From assembly GCF_964188315.1 (NCBI RefSeq), contig NC_135655.1, forward strand, positions 82,522,001 to 82,586,000: 64,000 nt of DNA. The letters run 5' to 3'. This DNA is from Podarcis muralis (taxonomy: Eukaryota). The translations under genes were made by a program, and so were the position numbers. Below, in pieces: positions 57,761 through 64,000 of the stretch; within the stretch, counting starts at the first letter, position 1, and every line of letters begins with the position of its first letter. The notes beneath the pieces are model-generated. The model was not told the DNA's origin. It made no database searches and was given only the letters and a program-made list of their open reading frames with translations.

Positions 57761-59199
57761 GCATTCGGTTAAGCCTGCCCAGCCCCACTCCCTATTATTT
57801 TTAAGGGGAAAGGGTTATATGAACCATTCCAATAGACATTCCATTGCTGGCTTGCTAGCAGTGGCATTGCAAGGGGAAACCCAAGCCCTTTGCCCTTTGT
57901 GTTGGGCATTGCATCTCCTATGACTTTGCCTCCCTTTTAAAATTATTCTGTGTACCTGTTATTACATTACATTGTATTGTATTATATTATATCATATTAT
58001 ATTATATTAATTATTTACATTGCTTACAGGGCAGCTGGGCACATTGCAAAGTGCCTTACAATTGAGCCACTCATCATCTTAATTTGTCCAGAAGCATATA
58101 TGCGTCTAAATTAGCATAAGCAAAACTTATGTCATGTGATAATCTCTAATGAAAAATGGAACATGGTTTTTTTGTGGGGGATCTTTTAAAACAGTTTTGG
58201 CCCAATTAAACAGCAGGCGGCCACACACCCCGGCCATCCTGATTGGTCAGCCAGGGGGTGTGACACGACTGGGAGTCCCAGTGATGTGGGCGGCATCCCT
58301 CCGCCCACAGCCAGGTCACCGGGAGGCCCACAGGCCCTCCCGCAATGCTGCCCCCCGGGGAAGGGGAGCAGACTTTTTGAAACTTACATAGGTGGCATCT
58401 TTCCCCCTTGCAAATATCTCACATGATACCAGGGGCAACATCAGCCTGCTGGAGGGGAGTTTACATACATATATGGTGGTTTTGCAAATCTGTTCACCCA
58501 TGTTAGGCTTTGGCATTCAAAGAATTGAGTTTAATATACAAAGCGGGCCTGCAAACTTCCCCTCAGCTTACTTTACTTGGAATAAAGGACATGTCTGCTC
58601 CACCAATTGTTCATAAAGTACTTTTAACGTTCCTCCTTGTGGTGGCATGTATGGAAATACCCATGCAATGGCACACTACCTTGGGCTTGAACTTTGAAGC
58701 ATAGTACTCCAGAGCATGGACAAGAGCCCTGGCTGAGAAGACATAACAGATTCGTGTGACCAAAGGGAATTCTAACCCCCATCAGTTCTATGAAGTGTGG
58801 TAACCATTTTTGGATTACATGCATCAAGAAGACTGTGCTTATAAACCTCTAGAGAACTCATGGCAATATGTGGGCGGGGGTGGGGGGGGAATTGGAGTGA
58901 ACTATAAGAATTTGATTTGATATTTTTAAGAAAAGCGATTGATGTGTTGGGAGCTGAGTTGTTTTCTGTGTAATGTGAAAAATGAAAATTATTTAAAAAA
59001 ACAAACAAACATGCATAGAGGGACCATCCTGGTGAGAATATGAACTAGCCCATTTTATCTGGTGTGATTAGCTTACAGGGACAGAACTATGCTGTGGGAA
59101 AGTGGGGGGGGGGCAGATCTGGGCAAGATAAGGAGGGGGGGATCGTGGGTCATTTTTGTCATGATACACAGGCATGTCAAGGTGTGATGTCCAAACCAG

Positions 59200-59700
59200 C
59201 ATTCGTTCCAGAGAACCTGCATCTGCCTTTCTCTAATTTAAAGTAACGTCTTTGAAACAGAGTTGAATTTTAACAAGGCACTGAGGAGCCAATTTGCCAG
59301 AACTTTCAGACTTCTTGCATAAGTTACATAATGGCAGGCTGGCAAGCGATAACTTTTTAATCATGCCCTCGAGGGCTTATTAGTATAGCTGGGAGTTGAC
59401 TCGGTTGCCGGAGATATGAGTCAATTACCTTAAACTGATCACCTCAAATCCAGAGGCAGAAGCACTCAAAGGGGAAAACCCCTGGAGTTTTCATTTTTGT
59501 TTTCTTGCCAGAGTTGGGACCATTAGGCTGAAGCAGTGCACACAATCTCCATGGTGCATGTCTTCGTTCCCAAGAAAGGAGAAAGAATTGGCTACAGAAA
59601 ATTCCCTAGGAGAGATTGGTAAGGGGAAGAAAAACTACTTGTATGATCTCCAACTCTGAGACTACACAGAACATTAATCATGCACTTCTATCTTCTATTC
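59200..59700. promoter_or_regulatory. Candidate OR cluster enhancer (homeodomain-EBF composite, H/P-element-like)
   Basis: ATAACTTTTTAATCA-TG-CCCTCGAGGG at 59349-59375 plus CAATTA, CATTAG, TTAATCA and EBF-like CCCTGGAG, TCCCTAGGAG. Confidence 0.55.
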
Positions 59701-60150
59701 TATTATACATGACAGAGTAAATCACCTCTGAGTATGAGTACCATTCTTGTTAGCCACACACCCCCATCTTCCCAGTCTGGGCCTGCCATTTGTCCTATCC
59801 CCTGCTGACCCCACAGGGAAAAATCACAGAACATAGAGTTTAAACTGAGAGTTGCTTATAGAAAGCAGCTATATGCAAATCAAAGCATGGTGTATTTGCT
59901 AGAACACAGCAGAAGTTATGGGAAAGGGACATTAATTCATCCTACTGTAAGCTGAAACTTCAGCCATGAGTTCCTCAGACTCAGAACAAAGCCCACCCCA
60001 ATGGCAAACATTTCCCCATTCCTGTAGGAAAGGCATTCTCCATCCACAGGAAATTTGAGTTGTGGCAAGGCCGCCCTACCATTACGCAGACTGATGTAGG
60101 CCATATTCACACCATATATTTAAAACAGTATGATATCACTTTAAAGAGTC

Positions 60151-60932
60151 ATAATAATAATAATAATTTATTATTTATTCCCCAGCCACTCTGGGCGACT
60201 TCCAACAGAATATTAAAATACAATAGTCTATTAAACATTAAAAGCTTCCCTAAAGAGGGCTGCCTTCAGATGTCTTCTAAAAGTCAGGTACAGTCATACC
60301 TTGAGTTGAATGTGCTTCAGGTTGAGCGCTTTCGGGTTGCGCTCCGCAGTAACTCGGAAGTAATGGAGTGTGTTACTTCTGGGTTTCAACCACTTGCGCA
60401 TGCGCAGACGCTCAAAATGACGTCACACGCATACGCAGAAGCAGCAAAACACGACCCACACACGTGCAGACACTCCGGCACGTCTTACGTTCCGTTCAAG
60501 ATGCGAACGGGGCTCCAGAACAGATCCCGTTCGCATCCTGAGGTACCACTGTAGTTGTTTTTCTCTTTGACATGCCACTACCAAGAAGGCCCTCTGCCTG
60601 GTTCCCTGTAACTTGGCTTCTCGCAGCAAGGGAACTGCCAGGAGGCCCTCGGTGCTGGACCTCAGTGTCTGGGCTGAACGATGCGGGTGGAGATGCTCCT
60701 TCAGGTATACTGGATCGAGGCCATTTGGGGCTTTAAAGGTCAGCACCAACACTTTGAATTGTGCTCGGAAACATACTGGGAGCCAATGTAGGTCTTTCAA
60801 GACCGGTGTTATATGGTCTCGGCGGCTGCTCCCAGGCCCCAGTCTAGTTGCCACATTCTGGATTAGTTGTAGTTTTCGGGTCACCTTCAAAGGTAGCCCC
60901 ACATAGAGCACATTGCAGTAGTCCAAGCAAGA
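60151..60932 (-). mobile_element. L2 LINE 3' fragment interrupted by a mariner MITE
   Basis: DYCNVLYVGLPLKVTRKLQLIQN...HITPVLKDLHWLP peptide; (ATT)n tail at 60151. Confidence 0.9.
60291..60551. mobile_element. Tc1/mariner-type MITE nested in L2
   Basis: TA TSD restoring L2 GTCAGGTA|GTTG; termini CAGTCATACCT / AGGTACCACTG; CpG-rich interior. Confidence 0.85.
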
Positions 60933-61392
60933 CTACTTGGCTTCCCCCAAAGAATCCTGGGAACTGTAATTTGTTATGGGTGCTGAGAGATACTAAGAGA
61001 ACCCTATTCCCCATAAAGACCTACAATTTCCAGAGCTACCTGTGAAGAGGGATTGATAAACCACGCTGGGAATTGTAGCTTGGGGGGGGGTAGGGGGTCT
61101 CCTAATAAGGCTTAACAAGCTTAACAAACTACAGCTCCCCAAATTATTTAAGGGAAGCCTTGATTTCATAGTGCATTAAATCTTTGATGTGAATGTGGCT
61201 GTAGTCACCTCAGATCGCTGATATTTGGCAGGGGGAAGGAGTTGTGGCAAAGTGTTGGAGGCTGAAGCCTGTGTGTCTGCCCTGCCTTGAACAAGCCTGC
61301 TGCCCTCTGGTAAACAGAAAATGAATTCCCCTTGCCAGGATGGCCCATCCAGTTTCACCGCCTGAAAAAAGATCTCTATGAGATCCCACGAG

Positions 61393-61704
61393 CAGGAGTG
61401 GAGGAAGGGGGTTTGTGGGTGCAGTCCGCCCTGGGTGTCACCACTGAGGGGGGTGACAAAATGCCAAGCAGCACTCACCAAAATGCCAAGCAGCACTCCT
61501 GGGAGAGACGCGGCGGCTTGGGCGTGCACAGGTTCCGCGCTGCCCAAACGGTCTGCCCACTGCCTCCCCCCCAGCTGTAGGGCAGCTGAGTGAGAGGAGG
61601 CAGGCAGACTCCAGAGGCCTCACGGTGTGCCCCGCCCCTATGGACGGCTCACCCCACCCCTGGGCACACCGCCCCAGGTGCCCGAGCAGCTTCCTCCACC
61701 GCTG
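61393..61704. mobile_element. hAT MITE, 312 bp, GC-rich
   Basis: TSD CCCACGAG / CCCACCAG; TIR CAG(GA/CG)GTGGAGGAAG. Confidence 0.82.
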
Positions 61705-61807
61705 CCCACCAGATCTCGACAGAAGCTGCATCCACCACAGCCACAACGGCCACACAACCCCAGCAGTGACAGGGGTGGGTCTATGGAGACACAGCTTCCT
61801 GGGATTC

Positions 61808-62081
61808 CAGACCCTCCAAGTGTCCCTATTTTCCAGGGACAACCCTGGATTTACAGAATCCATCCTGGTTTCTGATTTGAATGTCCTACTTTTCCTTAGG
61901 ATGTCCCTATTTTCATCAGAGAAATGTTGGAGTGTATGGAGTTAAGCGACCCCTGAGCCAAGGAGATAAGTAACTATACAACCTTTAGAAGACACCTGAA
62001 GGCAGCCCAGTATAGGGATGTTTCTTCATGTATAATGTTTTATTATTATTTTTTATAGGTTGGAAGCCACCCTATAAATAA

Positions 62082-62129
<48 letters not shown>
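61808..62129 (+). mobile_element. Second copy of the MITE-head plus L2-tail composite, lacking the outer right TIR
   Basis: CAGACCCTCCAAGTGTCCCTATTTTCCAG...ATGTTGGAGTGTATG-GAGTT..CCCCTGAGCCAAGGAGATAA..CTTTAGAAGACA..(ATT)n as at 25658. Confidence 0.75.
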
Positions 62130-62204
62130 TCCTTTTTAGCACCATTGGAGGTGTCTTCATGTTTTATAGGCCCATGCTTTAAGCCAAGGTTGGTGGTAGT
62201 AGTG

Positions 62205-62340
62205 GACTGTGGCCTTCTTGATGTTGTTGGGACTCCCAACTCCCATCAGCCTCAGCCAGCATGGCCAATGGTTAGGGATTGATGGGAGCTTGTAGCCCAG
62301 CAACATTTGGAGGGCCACAAGTACCCCATCCCTGGCTTAG
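62205..62340. mobile_element. Degenerate foldback MITE related to 6884-7021
   Basis: GATGTTGTTGGGACTCCCAACTCCCATCA / TGATGGGAGCTTGTAGCCCAGCAACAT. Confidence 0.5.
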
Positions 62341-62407
62341 ATCATTTGGAGTTGCCTGGCTCAAGTTCCTAAGGCCCTATGCTGTTTCTCAAGTCTCCAT
62401 CATTACA

Positions 62408-62638
62408 CAGTGGTACCTCGGGTTACAGACACTTCAGGTTACAGACGCTTCAGGTTACAGACTTCGCTAACCCAGAAATAGTACCTCAGGTCAAGAACTT
62501 TGCTTCAGGATGAGAACAGAAATCGCGCAGCAGCAGTGGGAGGCCCCATTAGCTAAAGTGGTACCTCAGGTTAAGAACAGTTTCAGGTTAAGAATGGACC
62601 ACCAGAACGGATTAAGTTCTTAACCTGAGGTACTGCTG
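62408..62638 (+). mobile_element. Tc1/mariner-type MITE (CAGTGGTACCT family)
   Basis: CAGTGGTACCTCGGGTTA / TAACCTGAGGTACTGCTG-TA. Confidence 0.88.
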
Positions 62639-64000
62639 TACAAGGTGCTTTACAGTGCAACATAAGCAACAGAGACATGTCCCTGACCCAAATTTTGTAA
62701 GAAGGAAAAGGAGAGGATGAGTGGAGCGCCTGGAGGAAAGAGGGTCAAAAATAATAGGAGACAAATATGTTTAAGTGCAGCTGCACCTATTTAGCTCAGG
62801 TAAAGAGTGAAACCAAAAGGGCATCACAGAACAAAAAGGCTTTGAAAAAAGAAGCTTGGAGGAACAACTATTGTATATCACTAGCTTAGAGTTCAGAAAC
62901 AATAGCTTGAATCTCCTATATTGTGAATAACATTGCGCAGAGAGCCTATAGATGGATCTTTGGTGACATCTAGCGGCTAGTTTAAAAAATGTATTCATTC
63001 AGTCTTTTCAAACCAAAGGAATGGGAAGTTTTTCAATTCTAGGCCCGTTTAGATTTTAAAGAATCAAGTACCAGGTAAAGAAACTATGTGGAGGTTATAC
63101 ACGACTGTATTCTGCTTCTCTATCCATTACTAATAAAGGATGCAATACCCCACATTACTGTTGATGAGTGCTGACAATCCACATGCTGCTGTGCTTGCCA
63201 CTCAACCATACCCTGGTCACGAGTTAGGCTTCCTCTTGCCTTCAGACTTTTTGTTAAGTATCTTTCCGTAAGAACAACCCCTCAAATTGATAATCCCGTC
63301 ATCACACACACACACAACTGATGCAATAATTTTAGATTAGATGGCACAGCTTCTGTTGGCTTCTGGCTCTTTATTAGCTGAACTTCCAATGGTTATGCAT
63401 TTTTCAGGGCCATATCTCCATATGCAAAAGGTGGAGACACATAGAAAGTTGGTGGTGCATGCAGATTGCTGCATGTCATTAGCTGGAGCTATTACTGATG
63501 CTGCCCATTCGCACAGTGGTTGCATACTACCATTATCAGCTTATGAAAAAAGGTTTGCATCTTTGACAAGTCACCACTTTTTAACATCAAATCATAAGAT
63601 CTCAGGGCGGCTCACAAGATAAAATACAAGGTAAAAACATTATTGGCTGAGAACCAAGTTTTGAAATTTAAAAAAAAACCAGACTCATCAGAATGGTATG
63701 CAGAACAAGCTGGTGCCTCTGTGGTGTATCTTCCAATTGCAGGTTGTATGAAATAGTGTTCCAGGTTCTGCAACAAGACCCAACTTCTGTTTATCCATAG
63801 CTGGGGGGCAGGGACGACCTGGTATAAGACAGAGATCATCTCAATAACAAGGCTTTTAATGCAAGATAAATAATGCATTGCACATCATTTTGAATTGGTC
63901 GTATTAAACAAACAAACCAGATACTTGTGGATGAAACTAGCAGAAGATGTCAAAAGTATTTGAAATATTAATTAGTGAGTTATTGATCTGAAACATAAGA

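Noticed and set aside
60423-60926. 167-aa host gene
   Set aside because: It is the L2 ORF2 C-terminus running into a nested MITE
61176-61945. CpG island or GC-rich exon with multiple ORFs
   Set aside because: Explained by a hAT MITE with TSD (61393-61704) and the adjacent composite MITE
63337-63622. 93-aa and 62-aa ORFs
   Set aside because: No recognisable motif, no OR similarity, no convincing splice signals

Overview
Vertebrate genomic DNA, very probably from a lacertid-type lizard (inferred from Sauria SINE, Squam-type SINEs, L2 tails ending in (ATT)n and Penelope remnants). The window is a class II olfactory receptor (OR) gene cluster. It holds 9 intact single-coding-exon ORs: 4 on + at 3.3, 8.5, 15.5 and 19.6 kb, and 5 on - at 23.4, 32.8, 37.6, 44.6 and 51.5 kb. 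Three half-gene OR pseudogenes lie at 30.0, 40.5 and 47.6 kb. There are two duplication systems: a ~5.2 kb tandem pair (0.26-9.8 kb) and a patchwork array of ~7 kb units (32-52.5 kb) whose history can be read from presence/absence of TEs with intact target-site duplications (TSDs). The rest is dense in L1, L2, CR1 and Penelope fragments, SINEs, solo LTRs and hAT/Tc1-mariner/Harbinger MITEs, with one 129-N assembly gap. The most interesting signal is at 59349-59383: a near-copy of the mammalian H/P-element homeodomain core directly followed by an O/E(EBF)-type palindrome, inside a motif-rich, apparently TE-poor island at the cluster edge. This is a candidate reptile OR-choice (Greek-island-like) enhancer. 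Other leads are a conserved upstream block with a GC-type splice donor, a candidate 15-nt 5' UTR exon carrying a Kozak uORF, strongly mosaic OR paralogs, a Penelope inverted repeat with half a hammerhead ribozyme, and a MITE that captured an L2 tail. All TE family names and motif calls are by eye, without database searches.
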